Assembly (NCBI GenBank): GCA_030867685.1
Contig: JAQOWU010000008.1
Span: 2,728,001-2,792,000, forward strand
Reading direction: 5' to 3'
DNA length: 64,000 nt
Source: Wickerhamiella versatilis
Lineage: Eukaryota
Position 1 is the stretch's first letter, and each line of letters opens with the position of its first letter. The notes under the pieces were generated by a model, which was not told where the DNA came from, ran no database searches, and worked only from the letters and a program-made list of their open reading frames with translations. The position numbers and the translations under genes were made by a program. This document shows, one piece after another, positions 17,860-30,000 of the stretch.

Positions 17860-20451
17860 CTAACCATCCAAATGGGTGAACATATTAGCTTCCTTCGGTG
17901 TTTCTTCTCTTGGTTCGACGCTAGGCTCTCGAGAAGGTTTTTGCTCCTTTTCCTTGGGTGCGGGCGAAAGCGTCCTCTGGCGTAAGGAACGAGAAGGAGG
18001 GGCCTGGCGGGGCGGTCGTGAGCTCATGGACTGGCGAGCCTGGGCAGCTTCACGGTCCGCTTGGCGTTGCTGTTTCAAAGTCTCGGCGTGGATTTCCTGT
18101 AGAGTCTTAGGACCTTCCTCACCTCCCTTTGATCGCCATCCCTTTTTGGCGGCATCCTCAACATCCATAATCATAAAGCGCAGACGAGCAGGGAACCCTG
18201 GACGTGTTCTCCAAGCAACCATTGCCTCTAAGCTGGACTTTATGAAAGCACCACCACCCTCGGCAACGATGCGGCCGGCAACAGTCATCATGAGTTTGCA
18301 CAGAGACTCCACCACATCCTCCGTCGGATCTTCCATGAGCAGCTTGGTTACACAGCGCTGGATTAACCGCGATGATACCAATCCTAGGTTATAAAGTTCA
18401 CCAATGAATCGGATAAGACCAAGACCACGTCGCTTTTGCTTCACTGCCTCATAGTACTCGTCAGATAAGACCTGAGACTGGTTGTTTTCGCTGGATGCGC
18501 CAGCCCATCCGCGTTCGAACTCTTGCTGGCATCGGCTCAGCAAGAACTTACGAAGTAACTTCAAGCCACCACATGGTTCACCCGTTTCTTTATCGATTGT
18601 GCCCTCATCAGTAATGTCATCGGAGAGCGGAAGTGTATGCATGAAAAGGAAGAATCTGGAGTACATAGTAGACCAATGAGGTTCATCGATAGCCTTCGCA
18701 AACGTTAGCTCAATGACTTGCCTCAAGGTTCTTGCATCTTTTTCCTTCTTCGACTGATCGACGATCTCGATAATCTGGTGAGAAATCCGATCGAAATTTT
18801 CCATTGTCATTTTGTTCAGCAAACTCTTAACCCTGCGCTGTACCTCTTCAGGGCTGAGACGGTCATCGTCCTCTTCCTCTGCTGCAGGAGTCTCTGGTTT
18901 TTGCTCCTTCTCAGCTATAAATCTAGGAACCCAGGCGTTCTCACCACGCTTAAGAGGCTCAACTGGAGCTGCGGGGGCATCATCGCGGTGGCGATGGCTT
19001 CCAGCACGATCCTTACGACGACTTCCTGTACGAGACCCTCTCATAGATCCCATGTTGTTCATTGATGCATTGCGTGACGGTCCACGGCCTCCGAAGCCCC
19101 CAGCAAAACTTGACTGTCGGGATCCTCCCCTGTTGCTCATGGCTCTACTACCACGAATATCAACGCGAATTATCTTACGTAGATCTGTGTTTGTCCTCGG
19201 GATTCTAGCCGCGAATTGTTGCAGAAAAGAAATATCATAGTGCCTTGGTTCTGGCAGGGATGGCGAGGCAACCCCCTCAGGGTATTCAACCTTCTCGCCT
19301 ACCTCTATCCGGCGAGCGTTATGCATTCTATCCGCAAACTCAGATGCAGCTGCCTCTTCATCAGCGGCAGTCCGCTCCATACGATCATGGAGTGTATCTT
19401 TTGGTAACTCTGCTTTACCAGGAGAGCTGGGAGCCTGCGAGTCTTGGGTCTCTTTTGTATCTTCCTTTGACGCAGCCTCGTTATCACCATCAGCAATCTT
19501 AGCCTCCTCATTCTGTTCATCAGAAGACTGCTTGATTTCCTGACTGGGCTCAGTCTGTTGTTCTACAGAACCTTCTTTTGGCTGCGGTGCAGGTACATCT
19601 CTCTTGGATTCTTCTGCAGAGTCTGCTTTCGGCTCTCCCTTCTTCTCCTCAGGGACAGACTCGGCCGGTGCCGCCTCACCAGCGTCGGCGGCTTGTTTCG
19701 GCTCTGGTTTAACCTCGGGCTCACCCTCAGGCTTCGGTTCTGATTTCAGTTCGGGTTTCGCCTCAGGCTTCGCCTCGGACTTAGTCTCGGGTTTCGCCTC
19801 GGGTTTGGGCTCTGACACCGGCGCCGGCGCCGGTGTTGGCGTCGACTGCTTGGAATTATCAGCTTTGGCCTTCATCTTAGCAGCAATCATCGCTCTCAGC
19901 TGCTCTGATGCTGCATTATTAGTTGATGTAGGCTTTTGGACAACAGGAACTTCCTTTTCTTTCTTTTCTTCTGGAGATGGTTGACGTGGTAAAACAGGAG
20001 CCGGCATAGGGACAGGAACCTGCCCAACGTTCGGCATCATAGGACCAGGCTGGGTATGTGGCACATGAGACAGGTCAACCGCTTGATGGGTGAGCGGATT
20101 GAAGATTTTAATAGGCCGTGTACTAGCTGTTGGTGCAACAAACTGAGGTCCCACAGGATTCACAGTTCTATTACCAGGAGGTGGCATGAACTGCGGTGGC
20201 AAACCTGGATTCGCCGGTCTGAATGGTACAAACGTCTGCGTTGGATCAACGAAAGGTTGACTCTGGCGGCGAGAATGACCGCGAGGACCACCGTAGCTAG
20301 GCGTCTGGCGGTGTCCGCGGCCATAATACTGGTTATTACCACCTGCAGACCCCTTATATCTCCCAGAATGCTGTCCTTGACGAGCATTGGTGTGTGGCGC
20401 CTGAGAGTCCTGAGGACCCTGTGGCACTTCTTGAGTCCTTTGTTTGGACAT
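17860..20451 (-). CDS. TIF4631: Translation initiation factor eIF4G
   Basis: eIF4E-binding YDISFLQQF; MIF4G VKSLLNKMT, KAIDEPHWSTMY, GLIRFIGELY; first ATG at 20451 (a 5' exon is possible). Confidence 0.93.
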   Translation of the reverse strand: MSKQRTQEVPQGPQDSQAPHTNARQGQHSGRYKGSAGGNNQYYGRGHRQTPSYGGPRGHSRRQSQPFVDPTQTFVPFRPANPGLPPQFMPPPGNRTVNPVGPQFVAPTASTRPIKIFNPLTHQAVDLSHVPHTQPGPMMPNVGQVPVPMPAPVLPRQPSPEEKKEKEVPVVQKPTSTNNAASEQLRAMIAAKMKAKADNSKQSTPTPAPAPVSEPKPEAKPETKSEAKPEAKPELKSEPKPEGEPEVKPEPKQAADAGEAAPAESVPEEKKGEPKADSAEESKRDVPAPQPKEGSVEQQTEPSQEIKQSSDEQNEEAKIADGDNEAASKEDTKETQDSQAPSSPGKAELPKDTLHDRMERTAADEEAAASEFADRMHNARRIEVGEKVEYPEGVASPSLPEPRHYDISFLQQFAARIPRTNTDLRKIIRVDIRGSRAMSNRGGSRQSSFAGGFGGRGPSRNASMNNMGSMRGSRTGSRRKDRAGSHRHRDDAPAAPVEPLKRGENAWVPRFIAEKEQKPETPAAEEEDDDRLSPEEVQRRVKSLLNKMTMENFDRISHQIIEIVDQSKKEKDARTLRQVIELTFAKAIDEPHWSTMYSRFFLFMHTLPLSDDITDEGTIDKETGEPCGGLKLLRKFLLSRCQQEFERGWAGASSENNQSQVLSDEYYEAVKQKRRGLGLIRFIGELYNLGLVSSRLIQRCVTKLLMEDPTEDVVESLCKLMMTVAGRIVAEGGGAFIKSSLEAMVAWRTRPGFPARLRFMIMDVEDAAKKGWRSKGGEEGPKTLQEIHAETLKQQRQADREAAQARQSMSSRPPRQAPPSRSLRQRTLSPAPKEKEQKPSREPSVEPREETPKEANMFTHLDG

Positions 20452-21339
20452 TTGAAACAAACCTAGTGTCACTAATAAGAGACTAGGCTTCCGTAGATAC
20501 CCCTATGTGTAACGCACAAGTACCTAGCTTGTGCGTTCGTGGGTTACAAACAATTTTTTCGCCAGGCGTACCTTACTCATGGGTGACCCTATCGTTGAGT
20601 CATCCAACGAGAACTCTTAGTTATAAGAGAATGTGAACCGCGACGAATCCGGCAAAGTTTCAGAGTCAAAAAAAATTCCATGTGAACTAAGTTTGGGTGC
20701 ACAGACCTAGAGATCTATATTTATCTTCAACTACCGAAATCTGTAAGCATTTACCTCAGATGAATGGAGTCACTATAAGATGCCAGCATTCTAATTTAGA
20801 CGCTTAGCATTATTCTAGTGATGTCTTGCTGCTGCTCGCCCATTATCAATTTGTTTCAGACCGTATTCTAAGAATGTTAGTATTCCATCTATAATACCCC
20901 TTACCCTGACACTGGGATTCAACTACCCAGTCCCCCCTCAAACAAGAAGGTGGCGAATATCTCCAACAATGTCCTGGTTGAGAGTTTCATCAGAAATTCT
21001 ATCTACCTAAATATAGCAGCTTCCATCTGAGTTTAGATTTGTTTTAGCAATTAGCAATCTGGGAATACGGCCGTACTAACCCGAGATGTACCGCAAAAAA
21101 TTAGCTTGGCACTTATATTATCGTGTGGGCGTAATCGTCGTAGTGTCATTATCAAAAAGCAAATATTTCCTACAACCATATACATATGCCCGTTTATCAG
21201 ACACGAGCAATAGCATCTGCCGATCTGGATACCTATACCCCAGCCCTATCTGGTATACCCTTGTCCTATTTCCCTCAGTTCACGTGCATAGTTGTGGAAG
21301 TCATTATTCTAAGCCCTTTAGCTCCACTTTCACTCAAAT

Positions 21340-22704
21340 ATGGCTCCAGAGGGCTCTGCGGCCACATTGGGGAAGCGACAGCATGTCCCAATGCAATACA
21401 TTCCCAACTCTCCGCCGAAAGAACCATTTGCAGGCGGGCTTTTTGCTCCGTTCCCCACCTCTAGCGTAGTTGCGCCCACCCTGGGCGAAACGCAGGTCCA
21501 TGCGACACCCGAATTCACTGGATATGACGAGAAACGGCGAAGGATTGTAAATCCACCTTCCTATCAGCTCCAGAAGCCCCTAGAGATCGTTCCCCCGAAG
21601 GTTGTTGATCCCAGTCCTCCAACCAATATTTGTGATGACGACAAGGGCCACTATGTCATTAATAGTGGTGAGCGTTTTGCAGGTGGAAGATACATTATAA
21701 CTCGCCAATTGGGCCAAGGTACCTTCGGCAAGGTTGCTGAGGCCTGGGATGAACGGACGCAAAGTTACTGCGCCATTAAGATAATTCGGACCAATGCGAA
21801 GTATCGTGAGGCCTCCAAGATAGAGCTGCGAGTATTGTCCATGATATCGCAGAGTGATCCATACGGTAGTCACCAATGCGTTCGGATGACAGAGTGCTTT
21901 GATTACCGGGATCACGTTTGTCTGGTAACCGAATTGCTTGACATCTCGGTCTATGATTTCCTGAAATCTAACAGCTTTTCACCATTCCCTGGGTCTCACA
22001 TTCTGAGTTTTGCCCGGCAGCTACTTAACGCAGTAGCCTACATTCATGATTTGGGCCTCGTGCACACCGACTTAAAGCCTGAGAACATTCTGCTCTACAG
22101 TGCGGCATATAAGCATGGTTACTATAGGCGTGGCTCGAGAGGGCCCAACCAGACGAGGAAGGAGCTCAAGGACACGCGAATTAAACTTATTGATTTTGGC
22201 TCTGCGATTTTTGACGACGAATACCACTCCTCTATTGTGTCGACTCGCCATTACCGGGCACCAGAGATTGTTTTAGGAACTGGCTGGACTTACTCCTGTG
22301 ACATGTGGTCAGTGGGCTCAGTGTTAGTAGAACTATGCACGGGATCTGTCCTTTTCCAGACCAGGGATAACCTCGAGCATCTTCACATGATGGAAAAAAC
22401 TCTGGCCACACGATTTCCACCTGCTATGATTGAGAAAGCGCGCAAGACGAATGTGGGCTCAACACTTGTTGATGATTGCTACAATAGACTGAAGTCTTTG
22501 TCGGAATCTAAGCATATATCGTCTGTGCACCGCTTGAATACAGTAACCCGGTTGATACAGTCGAGTGTACCTTATACGCGGGAAAGACAGTTCTGGGACC
22601 AGTTCTTGGATCTCATCCATGCATTACTTAGGTTTGACCCCACTGAACGACTTACTGCACACGAGGCACTTGAGCATCCATGGATCACTCAATCATATCG
22701 CTAG
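21340..22704 (+). CDS. KNS1: LAMMER (CLK-family) protein kinase
   Basis: DDDKGHY, GQGTFGKV, HTDLKPEN, STRHYRAPE, EHLHMMEKTL (EHLAMMER motif). Confidence 0.92.
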   Translation: MAPEGSAATLGKRQHVPMQYIPNSPPKEPFAGGLFAPFPTSSVVAPTLGETQVHATPEFTGYDEKRRRIVNPPSYQLQKPLEIVPPKVVDPSPPTNICDDDKGHYVINSGERFAGGRYIITRQLGQGTFGKVAEAWDERTQSYCAIKIIRTNAKYREASKIELRVLSMISQSDPYGSHQCVRMTECFDYRDHVCLVTELLDISVYDFLKSNSFSPFPGSHILSFARQLLNAVAYIHDLGLVHTDLKPENILLYSAAYKHGYYRRGSRGPNQTRKELKDTRIKLIDFGSAIFDDEYHSSIVSTRHYRAPEIVLGTGWTYSCDMWSVGSVLVELCTGSVLFQTRDNLEHLHMMEKTLATRFPPAMIEKARKTNVGSTLVDDCYNRLKSLSESKHISSVHRLNTVTRLIQSSVPYTRERQFWDQFLDLIHALLRFDPTERLTAHEALEHPWITQSYR

Positions 22705-22753
22705 CTTTTTATTCATTTCATATACATAGCTTATATATTTATTTTGTTTCATA

Positions 22754-22789
22754 TATCTATCTATCTATCTATCTATCTACCTACCTATC
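22754..22789 (+). repeat. (TATC)n/(TACC)n tetranucleotide microsatellite
   Basis: Six TATC units followed by TACC TACC TATC. Confidence 0.9.
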
Positions 22790-22881
22790 TATATCTGACG
22801 TTATTGAAGCATTTGCAGCTAACCAAACCTTGCTATGGCTATGCCTACCCATCAAAAATCAAATTAACCAGCGAATTGATG

Positions 22882-23097
22882 TTAATCAAAGCTATCGAAT
22901 GCCTTCGGCTTCTCAAATTTCCTTTTCGGCATAAGTGGGTCATAAATTGCGTCTGCAGCAGCAATCAATTCTCGGCAAGAGTCATTAGGGTCATTGTGGC
23001 GAAGGCTTATCTCCCTATGTAAAACATTCTGTAGTCGAAGCAGACTCCTTACACGGAGATCTGCGAGTGTCTCAGAGGGCAATCTTTCATCAATCAT
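22882..23097 (-). CDS. Possible small protein (71 aa)
   Basis: ATG-initiated ORF MIDERLPSETLADLRVRSLLRLQNVL with amphipathic character; no family recognised. Confidence 0.3.
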   Translation of the reverse strand: MIDERLPSETLADLRVRSLLRLQNVLHREISLRHNDPNDSCRELIAAADAIYDPLMPKRKFEKPKAFDSFD

Positions 23098-23247
23098 CGG
23101 GCTGTCCAACCTCAGAGAAGGTGAGTACAAGTGGTCCCCTCTCTGTGATTAGTCACCAGGAAACCGCTGTTTTATATTCCGCAGATAACTCGATTATCAT
23201 CGTCGGTAGGAATACTCGTTTTCACATAAATTGTTTAAATCTGTCAA

Positions 23248-23907
23248 ATGGCGAATTCTGAATGTCACCCAATTTTTCTTTGGCAACATTTGGCCGTTCT
23301 TCGGAAGGCACTTAGGTGCTACAATCCTAAGTTTGCCGGTACAACCGATAGAGCTCTGGCTTCAGTGGGTTACCCTGCGCGTGCACTCGGCTATTATATT
23401 TCAACTTTGAGTCCAAATGGTGCCTCTCAGTTGGAGTCACTTGCTGCAACCATCAGCGATTTCCGTACTTTCAAAAGGCTTGTTGAGACACCAGCGACCA
23501 TAGAATGGGCTCTCGACATTCTCATGGAACCTGTTTCCAAGGATCCAATCGAAAGACAGCTTCTATATGTTCGAGCAATCTCCGGTGTTATATATCAAGT
23601 CTTGGAAAACTTGTCCTACCTTGGATCAAAAGGCATTCTAAGAATGTCGGCTCGCCGTGAGGCGGATTTCTCTGTGTGGTCTACATGGGCATGGGATTTT
23701 GATATTCTTGCTGCCATTCTTATTCAAATTGAAAATTGGCGTCTTAATCGCCCTGTTAATTACCGTTCTTTATTCGTTAATTTGGCCTGGGCTCCACTGG
23801 CCTGGCACTGGTCCACTTACGACGGTAGGGTACACAAAGGTATTGTCGGGCTATTTGGCACTTACACAAATTGGGCGCAGCTACCAATGCAGTGGGCTCA
23901 GGCGTAA
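23248..23907 (+). CDS. Peroxin Pex11-family protein (Pex11C-like)
   Basis: TDRALASVGY, ISDFRTFKRL, YQVLENLSYL, NLAWAPLAWHWS...VGLFG. Confidence 0.75.
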   Translation: MANSECHPIFLWQHLAVLRKALRCYNPKFAGTTDRALASVGYPARALGYYISTLSPNGASQLESLAATISDFRTFKRLVETPATIEWALDILMEPVSKDPIERQLLYVRAISGVIYQVLENLSYLGSKGILRMSARREADFSVWSTWAWDFDILAAILIQIENWRLNRPVNYRSLFVNLAWAPLAWHWSTYDGRVHKGIVGLFGTYTNWAQLPMQWAQA

Positions 23908-24058
23908 ACTTTAATGACACCTGCTCAACAGCTTTCTGAAATACACTGTGGGCCGTATGGTAAAATAGATTGCAATAAGGATTTCCTAGGATCATAACTT
24001 ACAAAATATACATTGCTAAGAATTTTCTTTTTTCTTTGACTTGATATCGCTATCCTCC

Positions 24059-27000
24059 TCAATAATAAGGCATCCATAAGCTGTCTGTCAAAGCAAGGTT
24101 ATGTGGATTAACAGCAAGAGATATCAAATCGATGACAGTCTGATTTGCAGGAATATTTCCTGTCCCGATTTGAGCCAAGCTAGAGGCCCGTCTCACTATG
24201 GCGTCAACGTTGAGACGAACGATATCGCGCATCTGCGACTCTTGAGGCGCCGGCCTCTGTTGCTGTAAATACAACGAAATAAGTTCATCTCGGACAAAAA
24301 CTGGTAAAAACTGGGCAAGATCGAATTCAGGCTCAGTCAAGCCCTTAGCAATTATCATGATGCACATAGCGAAAATACCCTCGGCACAGGTGGGCCCCAT
24401 CAGGGTCTGAATGTTAGGTGTGAATCGGAAAGCCACTGGCTCGCCGTTTAAGAAGCTCGGTGGATTCTTAGAAGGGGGCAGAATCGGCAGCATTTCTGTG
24501 GCCCAAACATTACCAGAAGCAAGATTCACCAAGAATTTATGCGGGTAACGATTGTTAATGCTCATCATTATCGTCATAAGCGTAACTCCAGCGTATTGGT
24601 ATGAGAATTGTTTACGGAATCTCCAGAAATCCTCGAAATTCTTATACTGATAAGTGAAAAAGTCGCGCATGATGGTTGGCGGTACTAATTCCGCTTCGAT
24701 ACCCGATAAAATCTCCATTTTGACAGCAGTCATGTCCGGTGGTTTGGCTGGTGTAGGTTCGAATGCTGCACGCATCTTCTCTACAGTGTAATCAATTGGT
24801 GCGTCCCTTGATTGACCCTTTTGCTTACAGTACCTCTCGTATATTTGATAGAAGCTCACATAGCGTGAATCATCTTGAACGAGACGGATATGAGTATTGA
24901 GAGGTACCGCAGAGGGCAACGTGAACTGTAGCTGCCTCGTGCGACACTCAGTTCGTCGCTTGAGCACCTCGTTCAAGAATTTGAATACCTGCGTCATACG
25001 CTCTTCACGTCTGCAATGTCGTGCAGCTGGGTACTGCACCGCGAATGGGTAAAGATTTCCATCTTGGCCTTGAATGGTGATGCGTCTATAGCATATTCCG
25101 AAGCTTCTGACAAGGTCGACATGCGGCAAAAAGCGGTCAATCTTGACGAAATGTGCATTCGAATCCTTAAGCTCTTGATTCTGTCCAGGAACCTCCACAT
25201 CTTCGAATTTCTGGTGATGGAATTCAGACAATGGCGGAGACATTGCCTCTAGATTTACACGAGAAGGCCGCGAGTCAAGCTTGGTCTCCAGACGATCACG
25301 CCATTTACACAGTCTCTTGATATATGTCTGTAGATTTGGGCGCGAATGTACAAAGTCTGCTTCAAAAGCAGGACGAATCGATGCTGGCATCACACTCTCA
25401 CTGAATTTTGACACGTTAGCTTCCGTTTGGGGTGGAAGTTTGAGATCTTCACGCGGATATTGTTGTCTTCCAAGATAGCTAAGGCCATCATTCAACAAAG
25501 CGACTGTCAAACGATAAGCATCTTCATCAGGCGGACTCTTAAAACGGTGATACATCTGATCAATAAGTGTCTCAAGTGATAGCATCAACAACGGGTAAGC
25601 TGTCTTCAGAGTGTTTGTAACTTCATCCATATATTCCCCGACCAAGTTACCTTCACCAGTTCCTGGCGAGGGACCGGGTCGAGGGGAGCCGCTAGGAGTT
25701 ATGCCAACAGATCCAGAAGAACTGTTAGCGCCAACTGCTTGACCTACTGGAGTTCCAACATTTTGGACAGCTTGACGGCGAGCAGCCATCTTCTGAAGAA
25801 TCGCATGTTCTTCCCTTGCAGTTCTTAAGTGAAAGTGGAGAGTCTGCGGATACATTTTAGCTATCTTCGTCAAAATTCCAACAGTTAATCGGCCTTCACG
25901 TTGTGAGAGGGTTCCCAAAAGCTGAGGAACGTATGCTACCCAATACCAAACTGGAGTATCACCCTTATAATTATCATAGGCCATGCTAATAGATCCCTGG
26001 GCATCGTCCAGAGAGAGGAGCCATAATATGCGACCAAGAAGCTTGCGACACTTTGCATTCTTATAGAGTCCTGCAGCTTGTAAGTAGCAGGCAACAGCAG
26101 TTGAACCATACGCTATCTGATCAGGGTGGTCTTTGAAACGCTTATCGTTGAAGAGACCCCATTCGGCCCAAGCTTTAGGCAAGTAAACATCTATTGACAC
26201 AGCTGTCGAAAATGCCTCATTCGCATGCTCCTCTGCGCCGAGCCTCGCCAACGACATGCCCTTAAGTGCAAAGAATTCAGACTTTTGCGCATTCCCGAAA
26301 AAGACGAGGTTAGTATTAGAGATGATTTCCAGTCCCGTGGCCACATCATTTTGAGATTGATAATGGCACTTGGCCTGTTCCCTTAATTTAAGGAAGGCTT
26401 CTTGGATCTCGATATTTGGCAACGTATAAATCTTGGACAATAGCTGCACACATACTTCAGGCAAATTATGCTTCCTTGCGACGTGCGCAAACCTATTGAT
26501 AGTCCAGGCTATTTCATGGTAACCACGGTAGACAGCCGAATTATTCTGTCCATTTGGTGCTTGCCCTTGAATTTGAGGAATTAAGGGAAGGTAGACACGA
26601 TTGATAACACCGAATACATGTTGGCGCCAAGTCACAAGATCTCCCCAAAGATTAATATCATCCCATATATTTGGCAATCGTGTGTGCCAGGCACACATCA
26701 TTGTCTTCAACTCATTGGATTTCGATTCGAGATTTTGGGCCGTGGTTGTGGCTAACGATGTGTAGACTTGAGAAGCTTCTATGAATTCAACATACTGTTG
26801 AAAGGCATGCAACAAAGGAATCTGGGCAGGCGTTGGTCTGGAAGGCAAATGAACCCATTTCATTAATGCAAGCTGCATACCCTCTTCACAACTGTGAAAG
26901 ACCCTCTGCTGACTCTCAGCCTTTTGAGCAAACCCTTGAAGAACCAAAAACGTTTCAAAAACTTGACGACGCGGTGTAGGGACATCCATCAAACTCTTAA

Positions 27001-30000
27001 TAGACTGCTCAAGACCTTCTTTCTCTGCAATCCAATCAGCCTGACGCCAGCCACATTCCACAAGTAAGTCATTGAAGCCCTCGTGCTTAGCCAAGTCCGA
27101 CAATACATCCCAATGTTGCAGCTTCTCAGCACATAAAATCCAATGATCTTCCCAAAGAGCGTATTCTGACTCGCTGAATGCAACATTGCCTTGGCGAGCT
27201 CTTATTTGAGCCGTCTCGTGCATTGTCATAGCTCGAGTCCACATACCACATTGCTCAAAGCTAAGAGCGGAAGAAGTAAAACTAATATTTGTTCTTGTGC
27301 GCCAAACACCATAGAACATATCTACCTCCTCCAATGCAGCATAAATTTCAGCCAAAGCATCCAAATTACATTCCGCAACCTTTGGACTGTCAGATTTGGG
27401 TTTGGCCTGTATGTTTTCAAGAGTTCGGATAGCTGGGAACCAGGCATTATAATTTTCTCCCAAGTATTTCACTAACATTGGAGGTAAGTACTCGCAACGT
27501 GAAACGCCTTCAAGCAGAGTTTGAATCGAGTTTGGAATAATCTGTTGCCGCATGTGATACTCCTTGGCCATAAGACCAACCAGGGCATGTAGCAATTCAT
27601 TACCTTCCTTTGGCGATAATTGTGGATAAATTCCACTGAAAAGATCTGCCCATGAATCATGGACAAGATAGTTGTCAGAATAGAACAACTCGCGCAATGG
27701 TCCCACGAGCCTAGCAGATTCTATCTTGTCAATATTGGCCAACCATTCTCGCCTACGAGCAACAATTTCAGCCAAAGGATCGTCAGCATCTAAAAGTTCT
27801 TCCACATCCTGGCTTTTTCCTTCATTTGTGGATGGCAGGCAACGAGTTATAATGGAAGGAGGTGGATAGGTGTAATCCAAGGCTACATTCAGAGGCTTTT
27901 CAAAGTCCTGAACATCGGTTAACAACTGAAGCGCAACAACGAGCCACTGGCGATCACCAACACTTTCCCAGTTTTGATCAGCAATAATATACTCGAGTCT
28001 TTTCTGGGCTGTTTTTTCCACTGTGCTTGCCAATATCGAAAGCAACTTTCTTCGAATCTCTACATCTTCCCTGCAACAACCGACTAAGAAAGGCTGCTCA
28101 AGACGAGCAGGAAGCTCAGTGGAGCGCAGGTGCATATCAGAAAATATATCAATGATAAGCTCGAAATAAACCCTTTGAACCTCTGGGTCTCTGTAGGTCA
28201 CTAGTTTATGAAGAATAGCAGCCTTTTCTTTGACAGTTGGGAATATTTCCACCTGTGAGAACACCCACTGGCGCACCATTTGTACAATGTGAAGACCAAG
28301 AACACGATCGGTTTTACGATCAACTAGTTGTGCCAAAAGCGTCAAAAACCCACGTCTCTGATCCCCTAGATGAGAAATTCGCGCACTGACTATATCCAAT
28401 CCTTCAATCAAAAGATCAGTAGACAGAGCAGGTGGTGCTTGACTGCGGGTTAGAGCCTTTATTATCCCAGGCATTAGCGGAAGTAGAGGGTCATTCGATC
28501 CCAACCGTACTCTTGCCACTTCTGCAACTAGTCGAACCCAACATGGGGGTGTTGGGTTCTGGCTCAAGTGGTCAGCAGCAGCATTCGTTACGACCGGTAA
28601 AACGATATCCTCATCACCAACCTCCAGTAGACGGTGAATAACTGGAGCTAAAGCTTGATGGACTTCATAATATGAGCATTTTAAAACCTTCTCAATGAGT
28701 TGCAAAAGCGCTTCCGTGTGCATCCTGACCCAATCTTCTGGACGATGTTCAATAGCTAGCTTGACAACTTGCAAAGCATTAATGGCCTGAAATTGGGCCT
28801 GCTGCTGAGAAAAGTCTGATTGCGTCAATGGCCTTTCGAAAAATATTAGCTTGACCTCAACATCTGTCCACAATGTAAGCAATTTATCGAGTGCCTTAAC
28901 AACGCGTTCATCAGATGTTCCCCGATTCTGGGAAACCAAAAGGCGAACCAAGCAAGTCACAACCTTATCACGCTCTAAGTACGACATTTCGAATCCTGTT
29001 CCTTCCTCATGCCGCTGTGCTTCCCAAGTTGCCATTAGCTCTGCAAGATCAACGTCTAACGAAGCATTCGGTAGATAGCTCAATTTAGCCATCGTCGCTA
29101 CAATATAGGGTACAAAAGATTCGCGATGGGGATAGAAAAGTTTAGGATGTTTAGCGATGAATTGACAAACATTCGAAACAGGAACTATTCCATGGCCATC
29201 CTCACCTAGAACCCTGCGTGGTATTCGGATCCACATATGAGTATCTGTCTGAGATTTACTAACAAATAAGGTGCTCAGTGCATCTAGAGCTTCTGCTACG
29301 AGCGGTTTTGCATCAGTTTGGCTCGTCTTTAGAAGGGCATTGTAAAGAATAGATACCATCTTCGGCAGTGACTCGAACTGAGAAATGAAATAGGCTATAA
29401 GAACATGTGCAGCTTGCTTTGATACGACATCCTCAAACCGCAAAAATGACCAGGCAAATTTTATGATAATTTTGCGCACATCGCTAATAGCATGAGGTGC
29501 ATATCTTACTAGAAGTAACGTGACCTCAAGTAACGAAAATTGATATGCATCAATTGATGGTGTCAGTGGCGGAGGAACAAGCCAGACCTTCTTATTGAGA
29601 AGCTCAATCCAATTCTTATGTCCTGCCAGATCTTCTAGAGTGCCATTATCACTTACTTCTGCCTGTACCATGGGTAAAACAGCTGTGTGCATTAGCCACT
29701 CTCTCGCAGGCAAATTACAGCTTTCATCAGTAAGAAGAGTAAAAATCTGCTCAAGAATGACGGCCTTATTATCAGTAGAGGCTTTCACATACGTTTGAGA
29801 AATATAGTCCGCAAGTATTGGCGAATATCTTGTTTTTACTGCTCCTAATGCAACAACGAGCTGTCTCATAAGATCCCAACCTGGATTGGATTTGACAACC
29901 ACATTCTGCAACTTCAACAGTGCAGCGCTCACAATGAAATGCAAAGGGCTTACCGGCGGAAGAGCATCGGCTGCCAGAATCATATCACCAATAGAGCTCA

